A DNA stretch of 54,684 nt, counting the filler, from Jimgerdemannia flammicorona (Eukaryota), in assembly GCA_003990765.1 (NCBI GenBank). It is 2 parts of 2 records of this genome, joined end to end, with 100 filler letters (N's around TTAATTAATTAA, not from the genome) between each part and the next. Parts side by side here need not be neighbours in the genome. Positions count along the whole stretch, not along the records: positions 1 to 27,299 come from RBNJ01000642.1; 1 more part is not named here. One strand, 5' to 3'. The position numbers were made by a program, and so were the translations under genes. The notes under the pieces were generated by a model. It did not search any database, was not told the DNA's origin, and saw only the letters and a list, made by a program, of their open reading frames with translations. Shown here piece after piece: positions 13,930-25,228 of the stretch (position 1 is the stretch's first letter; each line of letters starts with the position of its first letter).

Positions 13930-16900
13930 AATGTGCCCTGCGCACACAGAGGTGCCCGGTATCTTTTGGTTGACTAAACCTGTTGTTACACAAATGTCTC
14001 TGAGTCGCCTATAAACAAATCCTCCCACGCAGTTATGCCTGTGCACTTTCCATGAGAGGTTAGCTGAAGAAGCTTCCGTCCAATCTGGGATAGTACTCCG
14101 AAGTCCCGGTTCCGACCGGGCGGGACCAATCCAAACGGAACCACGCCCTCGGAACCTTTAGGTCACAAAAACTGCACAAAAATCGTCTAGAGGGTAAAGG
14201 TCATAATGCCAAGCCATGAAATTTCGCAAAAAAAGACCGATAGTACGGATTGGGTCGAAAAAAACGATGTTAGTACTTTTCGTGTTAAGGCAGAGGTTCC
14301 ACGGTCGTTCTCCTAAGGTAACTTAGTACGCGAAGAAAACCGGTTTCATGTGTACGCTGGTTGACGTCAACACATCTTTGATTGTTATTGTTGTGGCTTT
14401 CGAACGACCCTCGAAATCCAAAGTCTCCAATATAACAACCATATACAAAAAGGAAACTAGCCTAGCAAATGCGCCGGTCCAAGCTCACCTCTGGCAACGT
14501 TTTCGACCAAGAGAGGACGTGCAATGTATGCTCAGTAAAGTATAACGACGACAGGGTGTTTGAAACCCACCTTGCCGGATGGGCTCATCGCAGGCGATTG
14601 GCCAGCCAGCAGGGCGGAGCCAGCATCACGAACGGTCCCTGCTCCGACCCAGCCGCGACCGTTCGTCTTTCGCGTGAAGTGAAATCGACCGAGCAGCAGG
14701 CCCGGACAAGTGAGCTCATTCTCACCGAAAAATTACGTCCGACAAAGTTTTCGTTTCTGTCCCAACCACTCCTGCCCCGGTCGTGACCGTCCGTCTATCC
14801 CTCTTGTCTTCCCTCTCCGGTCATCACAGCTCATCTCCCTCCCTTGTACCCTCTCCTTCCCGGCCAGGCGGCGAACACTCTCGACTCGGCCGCGACCGCT
14901 ATTATCGTTCCGGCGGCCGCTTCAGCCGTGAACCTTGTTCCACCCACGAACCTTGTTCCACACGTGACATTTTCGCCCGCTACTATTCCCTCCGCGACTA
15001 TTCCACCTTCGGTCACAACCGCGGCCTTTGATCCTCCTGGTCCAGCTGCCACAAAGAGGTACCAACCTACTTCTAATATTCGATTTTCGCATCCATTCAC
15101 AGAGTAAATAATTTGATATCTTCACTCTTCAATCGCAGTCGCAAAAGCAAGAAGCATCAAAAGAAGTTGACGTCCAAGTATGTGCCTGTTGTTGAAAGTG
15201 CTTTCACCCTTCGCACATCCATGCAAAGAGTAAATTCGATACCTTCACTCTTCAATAGTAGTCAAAATGTTCAATGTGATGACTGCCAGAGGGAATTCTT
15301 GAATGTCGGAGTGCTTGAAGAGCACCGCAAAGGCAAGAAGCACCAAAAGAAATTGGCATCCAAGTATGTACCTGTTGTGGAAAGTGCTTTCACCCTTCGC
15401 GCATTCACGCACAGAGTAATTTTGATATCTTCACTCTTTAATCACAGTCAAAATGTTCGCTGTGATGACTGTCAGAGGGAATTCTTGAATGTCAGAGCGC
15501 TTGAAGAGCACTGCAAAGGCAAGCAACATCAAATGAAGTTGGCATCAAATAGCGCCAAAATTTCCAAGACGACCTCCAAAAAACGGCGAACCAAAGCCGT
15601 GTAAGTCTCTGCTTGGTGCTATTACTATACACACTCCATTCGGCTTCAAAGCATACTTGATTTACCTTCACGAAACCCATACGTTTGACAAATTTATTTG
15701 CATTACAGGTTTTTCCATTGCGAGCTGTGCTCGCGGATTGTTGTGAATACTTCTGCGTTCAAAAAGCACTTGCTGGAAACGCCACAGTCCTTCACGGCGC
15801 GCTGGGTCTTTGATAGTGAATCGGCGCTCCAAAATCACCTGCTGAAGGATCATACGAACGAGACGATCGCAGCATGGGAAGCAGCATGGGAAGCATGGGA
15901 GGCATGGAAAGGAGCATTCCGAAGAGTTTTGCTGGAGGGAAATTTCATTCGAGAAACACGCTTTCCATGGCAGAGGTATGTCCTTTGTAAACTGCTTGTT
16001 GTCGTTTATCTGCATTCACGAGCTTATACCCATATTAATTAAGGTTCTACCTCGCAGGTCGCTAGTTTATTGTCTTACGTGTCCAGCTATTTTTGACACC
16101 AAGAAGGCCCTCAAGCAGCACTGCGACAACAGCCTGAAGCATCAACTACTGTTGGAATTCTATCACTGGAAAAAATCTACTGTGATGGGCAGGAGCATTT
16201 CCTTCTCAATTGCACCATTAGCGAGGTACAATAGCATTGCGTATAGATTCATTTGAATATCTGTCCGTGGCTATCCACAACTAACCCATCGCACGCACAA
16301 ACCGGCTCCGTCTCCAAGCCAAAAAAAGTGTAGGTTTGCCATTCCAAGACACGATGGTATTGAAGTCCGCTTTTGCAATACTTGCCAGCTCCATTATCGT
16401 ATTCCTCAACCGGTCAAGCACTACCTCAATCGTTCGAGACACCAAACGTTGGCGAGGCAGCAGGCGGATAAACATGCGGCCTTTGCTGTACAAGAATTTC
16501 AGCGGACAAAAGCCCGCTGCGTTCCACGTATTATTGCAATATTCAGCAGAAACCAACACATACACCACAAAATTTTCGATTCTCCGCACCACCAGTACAA
16601 TATTTCCGATTCTCCACACCAGCCATTGAAGTATTCCAACACAATCGACTTTGGCAACATTGACCCAAGGGAAAGAATGTGCCCTTACGACATCATTAAT
16701 ATTATTAACCCTTCGAAAAAGTCTCCCATCGCGCTAACTGCCATTCACCGCGAAAGCATCACATCCCCATTCGACATCTCAGTTCAGCTGCCAATAGAGA
16801 TTGCCCCCTTGGAGTCGACTCGTGTCGAAATTGCGTTCGACAAGCACGGCCATCCGAATGGCCATTATCTCGAGCATTTGACTTTCAAGTTCATAAACCT

Positions 16901-17670
16901 GTATGATGACGACGTTCCCGAGGACGTAATTCTCACCCTGGTAGCAACTCTGGGTGAACCCGAGCCCATTCCGAAGCCCGCGGTGGTCAAGAAGAACGAT
17001 CTCAACAACGACGCTCCGCCCGATTGCGACACCCTCGTGATGGGCGCTTGCTGGCCCCTGCCGAAATATATGCCAATTAAGAAGGTCCGCGAGTGGGTCG
17101 GATACGTGCGTCAGGATGATCGGTGGATCGGTCCCACCAAGATCGTGATCCAAGATGAGGATATGGCGGTCGCGAGCGTTTCGAAGGTGTCGAAGCCGGT
17201 TTCGCAAGATTCAGAGCCGGACAAATGGATACTGGAGAGGGAGGAGTAGATGTGGTGATGACGGCAGCAAAGCCCAGAAGAAAAGATTAGTTATACATTA
17301 AGAACTTACCCACATTTCCGTTTTTTTTTTTTTTTTTTTGGCAGTAGCTTGTTTATGCGTTCTCAAATTCCACAAACTGAAACCATTCAACCTCAGAAAA
17401 ATATTGAACAGTCGCGAGACACGGAGTCATCGTTTGGCAAAGTACACCAGCAAACAGACATGGCATTTTCCCCACTATGTCAAGTGCACACACATGTTGT
17501 GGAAGATGTGTGGAGAGCAGCACAGTGGGGAAGATGGCTGTGAGGATGAGATGATGCTAGTGTCAGTTTTATATAGGGAAATATTTTGAAATTATTTATT
17601 TTTACCTAAATACATACATTGTGCGGGCGATCTTCTTTTGAGCATGCAATGTCACCAATTCACTGTCATG
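13930..17670 (+). repeat. Tandem segmental duplication, unit 1 (upstream region + ZF gene A + 3' flank)
   Basis: Upstream (atgtgccctgcgca..., gagaggttagc.gaagaagcttccg, gacgtcaaca.atctttgattgttattgttgtggctttcgaacgac) and downstream (caagtgcacacac.tgttgtggaag) blocks recur at 18135-18770 and 22950-23425. Confidence 0.85.
14469..17249 (+). CDS. Multi zinc-finger (U1/matrin/JAZ-type C2H2) protein with C-terminal Ig-like region, paralog A; 8 exons: 14469-14709, 14830-15058, 15139-15177, 15262-15363, 15448-15600, 15709-15975, 16058-16225, 16334-17249 (~704 aa)
   Basis: Fingers CNVC..H(LAGWA)H, CDDC..H(RKGKK)H, CDDC..H(CKGKQ)H, CELC.., CLTC..H..H and CNTC..H..H. All introns are GT-AG and splice into one open frame. 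The last exon has the beta-rich 'IDFGNID...IEIAPLESTRVEIAF...GHYLEHLTFKF...LTLVATLG'. Confidence 0.8.
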
Positions 17671-18770
17671 TATTTAATGTCATGGATCCGTGACGGACGT
17701 TAACAAGTAGTGTACGATGGAATTTGAGGCACAAAGATAGGTGAGGAAATTAGTTCGTTGCACAGATTACAATGAACCTATGTGTACGTCATAATCACGT
17801 TACTGCTGATAAATAACGAGTTAAAGAATATATACAATGTCCGGCTGATTTTTCGGGTCCGGATTCGGACGAATCAGGCATTGGACCCGAAACGCCATAT
17901 CATAACGTCATGATTCTATCTGGATACTATGTATATACAATGACATTGCAATGAGCCTGAGATACATGATCTCACAGAAAACTGATAAAATTTATTGGTA
18001 ATATATATATAATGTTATGTCTTCCTCAATTTTAAATAATTACCGCGCATTTTAATTCCTATTTTTCAGGTCACTCAGCAGAATTGAACAACCATATTCC
18101 CTATCCATCCAGCCACCTGAAAATGCTTTTGCGTATGTGCCCTGCGCAGGCGGGGTGCCGCAGAAACTCTCGCGGCTAATATCTTTTTGGTTGCATAAAC
18201 AAGGAACAATGAAATCCTCCCACGCAGTTATCTTCCAGGAGAGGTTAGCCGAAGAAGCTTCCGCCCAATCTGGGAAAGTGCTTCGAAGTCACGGTTGGGA
18301 CCAGGACGCCCCCGATGCAAACGGAATCGTTTCCCTTTGTAACGCAGCGAGGAATAACCCAATTTTATTAATCTTTAGTTCATTCATTCAAACTGCAGGA
18401 TCTCTGGTATTCTAACTCAATAATGTTAAAGTCTGATCATCTGCTGCCGAGTAATGAGGGAAAACATCTAGCCAAAATATCAAGCCATGAAATTTCGCAA
18501 ACAAAAAAAAAAAAAAGGAAAGCCGAAAAAACGATGTTAATGCTTTTCGTGTTGAGGCTGCGGTTCCACTCTCGCAGTTTGTAAGGTAACTTAGTGCGCG
18601 AGGCTTCAAAAGAAAATCGGTGACGTCCGATTTCATGTGCACGATAGTTGATCTGTGTCTGACGTCAACATATCTTTGATTGTTATTGTTGTGGCTTTCG
18701 AACGACTCTCGAAATCCAAAGTCTCCAATATATCCAATATAACAACTACAAAAAGAAACTAGCTTAGCAG

Positions 18771-21700
18771 ATGCACGGGTCCAAGCCCTCCTCTGGCAGC
18801 GTTTTCGTCCGAGAAAGGACGTGCGAAATATGCTTGTTTAAGTTTTACAATGACACGACGTTTGAAAACCACTTTGCAGGATGGGTGCATCAAAAACGAT
18901 TGGCCATCCAAAACGGCAGAGCCAGCGTCGCAAACGACCCGCCTGCGACTGTTGGTCTTGCGCGTGAGGAGGTGGAATCAGCCGAGCAGCAAGCTCAGAC
19001 AAGTGAGCTCATTCTCACCGAATAAACCACGTCTGACAAAGTTTTCGTTTCTGTCCCAACCACTCCTGCCCCGTTGTGACCAGCCGTCCGTCTACCCCCC
19101 CTTGTCTTCCCCCGGTCATCACAGTTCGTCTCCCCCCCTTACGCTCTCTCCCTCCTGGCCAAGCGAGCACTCTCGACTCGACCGCGACCGCTATTGTCGT
19201 TCCGGCGGTAGTTCCAGCCGTCAACCTTGTTCCACCCACGAACCTTGTTCCACCCGTGACTGTTTCCTCCCCTGTGACTATTCCCTCCGTGACTATTCCC
19301 TCTTCGGTCACAACCCCGTCCTTTGAACCTCCTGGTCCAGCTGCCAGTCCCAAGAGGCCAAAGACCACAAAGAGGTACCACCGACCTATTTCTAATATTC
19401 GGCTATATATATCCATGCACAGAGTAAATTTATATCTTTACTCTTCAATCACAGCGAAACTGTTCGCTGTGATAACTGCCAGATGGAATTCTCGAATGTT
19501 GGAGCTCTTGAAGTCCACTGCAAAAGCAAGAAGCATCGAAGGAAGGGCAAAAATGTCCTGAGGGGATGCACCAAAATCGTGTATGTCTCTGCTTGACGCT
19601 ATTGCTATACACACTCATTTCGGCTCCAAAGCATACTTGTTTTACCTTTACGAAACCCACACGTTAACACATTCATTTGCATCACAGATATTTCCCTTGC
19701 GAGCTGTGTTCGCGGATCTTTATAAATGAATCTGCGCTCGAAAAGCACTTGCTGGAAAAGCCACGAACTTGCACGGTGTGCTGGGACGTGTTTGATAGTG
19801 AATCGGAGCTCCAGAATCACCTTGTGAAGGAGCATAGGAGCGAGCAAGATAAATCTGACATCAAAACTACGAAGGAGACGGTGAAAGAGCCAGGAAGTAT
19901 GGCAAGCAATCGTATCGCAGCATGGGAAGAATGGGGAAAATGGGGAGCACAGAAACCGGATAACTCTGTCATCAAAACTACGAAGGAGACATTGAAAAGG
20001 CCAGGGAAAAAGGCAAGCAACCGTATCGCAGCAGGGGAAGCACGGGAAGCATGGCAATCGAAGCCTATTATTGCAGAACAGCAAGCGAAAATTTCCGAAA
20101 CGAATTCCGAAAAATGGCGAACCGAAGTCGTGTAAGTCCCTGTTTGACGCTATTGCTATACGCATTCCAGTCGGCTCCAAATCATGCTTTTTTTAACATC
20201 CAAAATCACTTAAACGTGCATAGGAGAAAGCAAGCTAAATCTACCATCAAAACTATGAACGAGACGGCGAAAGGGCCGGTAGTCAATAGTGTCCGCTGTG
20301 GTGACTGCCAGAGGGAATTCGCGGATGTCGAAGCGCTTAAACAGCACCGCCAAATGCGAAAAATATTGTACCGCTACCCTCCCAAAGTCGTGTAAGTCCC
20401 TACTTGACGCTATTGCTCCCATTCGGCTCCAAATGATACTTGATTTACCTTCACGAAACCCACATATTAACGCGTTCATTTGCATTGCAGGTTGTTCCCA
20501 TGCGAGCTGTGCTCGCAAATCTTTATGAATGACTCTGCGTTCAAAAAGCACTTGCTGGAAAAACCACAGACCTGCATGTGTTGGGTCGTCTTTGAGAATG
20601 AATCGGCGCTCCAGAGTCATCTTGTAAAGGGGCATAGGAACGAGCAAGATAAATTTGCCATCGATACTATGAACGACACGGCGAAAGGGCTGGAGAGCCA
20701 TAGTATCCACTGTGGTGACGGCCAGAATGTCGGAGCGCCCGAACGGCACCACGAAAGTAAGGAGCATCAGCCGAAGGTGGTGTCAAAGTATGTACCTATT
20801 GTTGAAATTGCCTTCACCCTTCGTCGCGCCTACCCTGCCTAACCGCCACCACTCTCAAACAGCGCCGGAACAAACTCCAAAAAATGGCTAACCGAACTCG
20901 GGTAAGTCTCTGCTTGACATTGCGCACTCCATTCGGCTCCAAACCATATATATTTTACCTTCACGAAACCCACATGTTAACGCATTCATTTGCATCGCAG
21001 GTTTTTCCCTTGCGAGCTGTGCTCGCGGATCTTTATGAATGACTCGGCACTCAAAAATCACTTGCTGGAAAAGCCACAGACCTGTACCGTGTGCTGGGTC
21101 GTTTTTGATAGTGAATCAACACTCCAGAATCACCTTGTAAAGGGACATAGGAGCGAGCAAGATAAATCTGCGAAGGGACCGGAGGTCCATAGTGTCTACT
21201 GTGATGATTGTCAGAGGGAATTCCTAAATGTCGGAGTGCTTGAACAGCACCGCAAAGGCAAGAAGCATCAAAAGAAGTTGACATCCAAGTATGTACCTGT
21301 TGTGAAAAGTTTTTTCACCCTTCGTTGCGCTCGCTTGCCTAACCACACTTTCCAACAGCGCCAAAATTTCCGAAACGAATTCCGAAAAACGGCGGATTGA
21401 AGTCGTGTAAGTCCCTATTTGACGCTATTGTTATACGCACTCAATTCGGCTCCAAATCGTACTTGTTATTACCTTCACAAATCCACACGTTAAAATTTTC
21501 ATTTGCATCGTAGGGGTTTCCCATGGGAGCCGTGCTCGCAGATCTTTATGAATTACTATGCGCTCAAAAAGCACATGCTGGAAAAGCCACGGACTTGTCC
21601 GCTGTGCCAGGTCGTCTCTGATAATGAATCGGCGCTCCAAAATCACCTGAATGAGCATCAGAGCAAGCAAGCTAAATCTGTCATCAAAATGATGAAAGAG

Positions 21701-22948
21701 ATAGTGATAGAGTTGAAGGGGCATGGGAGCGAGCAAGATAAATCTGCCATCAAAACTACGAAGGAGACGGTGAAAGGGCCAGGGAAGCACGGAAAGCATG
21801 GAAAGCATGGAAAGCACGGAAAGCACGGAAAGCATAGAAAACATGGGAAGCATGGAAAGCATGGAAAGCATAGGAAACACGGGAAGCATTGGAAAGCATG
21901 GGAAGCACGGAAAGCATGGAAAGCATGGGAAGCATGGAAAGCATGGAAAGAATGGCAAGCTTGGAAAGCACGGAAAGCATGGAAAGCATGGGAAGCACGG
22001 CATGCGAAAATTTCCAAAACGAACTCCGAAAAATGGCGAACCGAAGTCGTGTAAGTCCCTGTTTGACGCTATTGCTATACGCACTCCAGTCGGATCCAAA
22101 TAATGCTTGTTTTATCTTCCATAATCGCCTAAACGTACATAGGAGAAAGAAAGGTAAATCTGCTATCAAAACTACGAACAAAACGGCGAAAGGGCTGGAG
22201 GGCCATGGTGTCCGCTGTGGTGACTGCCAGAGGAAATTCCTGAATGTCGGAGCGCTTGAACAGCACCGCAAAAGCAAGCATCAAAAGAAGTTGGCATCCA
22301 AGTATGTACCTTTTGTGGAAGTCCTTTCTCCCTTCGTCGCGCCTACTTGTCTAACCACTATCCAACAGCGCCAAAATTTCCGAAACGAACTCCGAAAAAT
22401 GGCGAACCGAAGTCGTGTAAGTCCCTGTTTGACGCTATTGCTATACGCACTCCAGTCGGCTCCAAATCATGCTTGTTTTACCTTCCATAATGGCCTAAAC
22501 GTGCATAGGATAAAGCAAGATAAATTTGCTATCAAAACTACGAACGAAACGGCGAAAGGGCTGGAGGGCCATAGTGTCCGCTGTGGTGACTGCCAGAAGA
22601 AATTCCTGAATGTCGGAGCGCTTGAACAGCACCGCAAAAGCAAGCATCAATAGAAGTTGGCATCCAAGTATGTACCTTTTGTGGAAAGTTCTTTCTCCCT
22701 TCGTCGTGCCTGCTTGGCCAATCACTACCAGAATGCCGATTACAAAGGCACTCCACCCAATAACGACTATGCCGATCAAGAAGGTCCGCGAGTGGATTGG
22801 ATATGTGCGCCAAGGTAATCGGTGGATCGGTCCCACCAAGATCGCGGTACAAGATGACGATATGGCGGCCACGAACGTTGCGAAGAAGTCGAAGTCGGTT
22901 TTGCAAAATTTGGAACCAGACGAACGGATATTGGAGGGGGAGGAGTAG
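18771..22948 (+). CDS. Multi zinc-finger protein, paralog B; 14 predicted exons: 18771-19002, 19125-19374, 19455-19580, 19688-20131, 20224-20391, 20491-20787, 20863-20901, 21001-21288, 21359-21406, 21514-22050, 22143-22301, 22369-22416, 22509-22667, 22732-22948; premature TAG at 22651 in exon 13; lacks the Ig-like region
   Basis: Repeated CELC..H, CTVC..H..H and CGDC/CDDC..H..H fingers. Donors are GTAAGT/GTATGT/GTGAGC/GTACCA and acceptors YAG. The terminal peptide MPIKKVREWIGYVRQ..RWIGPTKI is shared with paralog A. May be a truncated or pseudogenising allele. Confidence 0.7.
21784..22002 (+). repeat. Coding 9-bp tandem repeat (GCAYGGRAA) within exon 10 of paralog B
   Basis: Roughly two dozen units. 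Reads KHG, AWK/AWE or MES/STE depending on frame. One-base insertion near 21889. Confidence 0.9.
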
Positions 22949-23961
22949 CTGTGGTAATTACAGTAGCAGAAGAAAAGATAGATGTACATTCAAATGTTAT
23001 TCAATATGCTCATTATTGTTAAGAATTTTTCCTGTATTTCCCATTGTCATATCTTTTATATCTTCCTCTTGGTCCCAGACCTAAGTTATCTCATATTATA
23101 CTGATATAGTGGTTCAGTACATTTCTGAAATTTTGTGGTAATATCTCAAAATACTGGCGAATAGCAATGAAGGAATTCAATGTTCAAATTTTAGTTTGGC
23201 TCTATTTTTTTTTTTTTTTTTTTTTTTTCTTTCGTGGCAGAGTATCAATCACATTCACGACGTTTTCCACGCTCTTTCAAGTGCACACACGTGTTGTGGA
23301 AGGTGTGAGGTGAGAGTATGGCGGGAAAAATGGCTGCAAGACTGAAATGATGTTAGTATTGGTTTTATTATAGCGCAGGCGATTTTTCTTTTGAGCGGGT
23401 GACGTCACCAGTCCATTGTCACGTGTTTGGCGACTACCCAAGAATTTCTGCGGTTTAAAAAAAAAATCAGTCTTTCAATATGTGTCATTGAAGTGTTTTC
23501 TGTACTGAGGAATGCTCTATAATCACCAGAGGCCTACATGTATATATGTAGTGCTCCGAAAAATCGACCGGATGACGTAACCGTCTGGATGGTGAAGTCA
23601 TCAGAAACACGTGATAGGAAAGGCGAAGCGATTGATCTATGGAACTGAAGGCCTACAAAGTCTAGAAATCATAATCCCTACACAAACAACATCCTTGTTG
23701 CTATCCTTACTCGAAAATTGTTTCAATATTGTAATAAGTGTACAGTTACTGAGGAAACAATCAATGATTGAAATTTATAAGTGTGACCGCCATCATGTAA
23801 TTTCGTGAATGGGAGAACCATTGGCACAGGATGACATTCCGAAATCTTGTGCTAACAATCACTTAGAAAGGGTTTCAATGACCCTACATTTTTTCATGTT
23901 ATATTTACTTATACAACCTGTGGATGGCATTTGATTTTTTTTTATTTAAAAAAAAAAAAAG

Positions 23962-25228
23962 ACTAATTAGCTGACTAGAAGAATATTTATCTCTCCAAAA
24001 GATTATATGACCATCTCTTTCTCTGCTACCTTACCAGTCACAAGGTTTGGTAGGCAACCTTCCAAGTCCCCTTTCCCCTATTATTATCCCCTCTACCTCA
24101 GATTGGTTTGCTGTACCTACATGGGTATGATGGGAGAAGGGCAATAGTGATGAGTTGCCTCTTTATCAGTGTCAGATCAGTGTCTTCTCCACTTTTTCAT
24201 GGTTTCTGGTATCTTCGGCTGTGTCTGGAGTGCATCCGTTTTGGTGCAGCACCTTCTTTCTTTTGCCATTGCTAACAAGGTGCTGCCTCAGTGTATCATG
24301 GATTATATAGAGAGTTGGCTGACCTTGGACATCAAGTACTTAGTGTAGATTACCTGCAGGTCCTCAGTGCCTGTAGTGGGGCCCTCTGGCTTTGGCGAGC
24401 TTCCTGACAAGTGTGGTTCTGGCATAGGTGACTGTTTTTTGGGTGTTGTCGGAATGGGAGAGGAGATGGCCATCACAGATAGGAGGATGGGTGATAATAG
24501 TGAATTAGTGGGATGTCAGGCTGGGGGTGGTCATTGGGGCTGGGGTGGACAATATTTTGGTAGGGCCTTTCAATTGACTGATGGGGGGTGGGGTGGTGCA
24601 GGGGCCGGCATCCTGGCTGTATCCAACTGGAACTGAGAGCTGATGTGGCAACACAATCGAGGCCCACAGGCTTAGGGAGTAGGGCCTTCCTTATTTGGCA
24701 GTACCCAACTGGAACTGGGAGCTGACATGGTAATGTAATTGAGGCCCATAGGCTCAGAGAGTGGGAGTGGGGTCTTTTCAGGCCCTAGCCCATATGTAAG
24801 TCCTTTGAGGAAGGTGCTGTATATGTATAAGTCCTTTACTCACCTACTTTGAATCTACTTTGCTCTCTGTTGATTAGTTGAGGGTTTTTTCTTTGCCTCA
24901 GGCTTTCTTTTGGGGTTCAGGGGGCTATTCTTTATTCAGTCCTGGCATTGCTAGATCCAATGCATAGATATGCTCTCATGTGTAAATGATGATCCAGCCC
25001 TGGTGAGCAGACAAGTCTAGTATATGTATGTTGTGGAGATTGACATAGCTGGTATTCGACAGACATAGCTGGAGTAGTGGGACTACTGGACAATTTAGTA
25101 GCCTAGGTTAATGGGGGGATATTGTTCAGTGGGTGGTGGGGGAGGGTTTTGGCCTATATAGTCTAGGTTCCCTTCCAATAAAAATCCGCAGGACTATGAG
25201 TCCGTTAAAAAAAAAAAAAAAAAAAAAA
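23962..25228 (+). mobile_element. Poly(A)-tailed non-autonomous retroposed element / long LINE 3' region, copy 1
   Basis: Ends AATAAA...GGACTatgAGTCC...(A)n after a G-rich stretch. Contains an internal ~82-bp direct repeat (24610-24770). Collinear with 25229-26855. 5' boundary approximate. Confidence 0.6.

Larger units (their letters stand above)
18135..23425 (+). repeat. Tandem segmental duplication, unit 2 (upstream region + ZF gene B + 3' flank)
   Basis: Collinear similarity with 13930-17670 in promoter, exons 1-2, terminal peptide and 3' flank. Confidence 0.85.

Noticed and set aside
21431..22277. Minus-strand (CFP)n, (HAF)n and (SML)n ORFs, and the plus-strand (MES)n ORF
   Set aside because: By-products of a 9-bp repeat that is largely stop-free in all frames; only the spliced plus frame fits the gene model.
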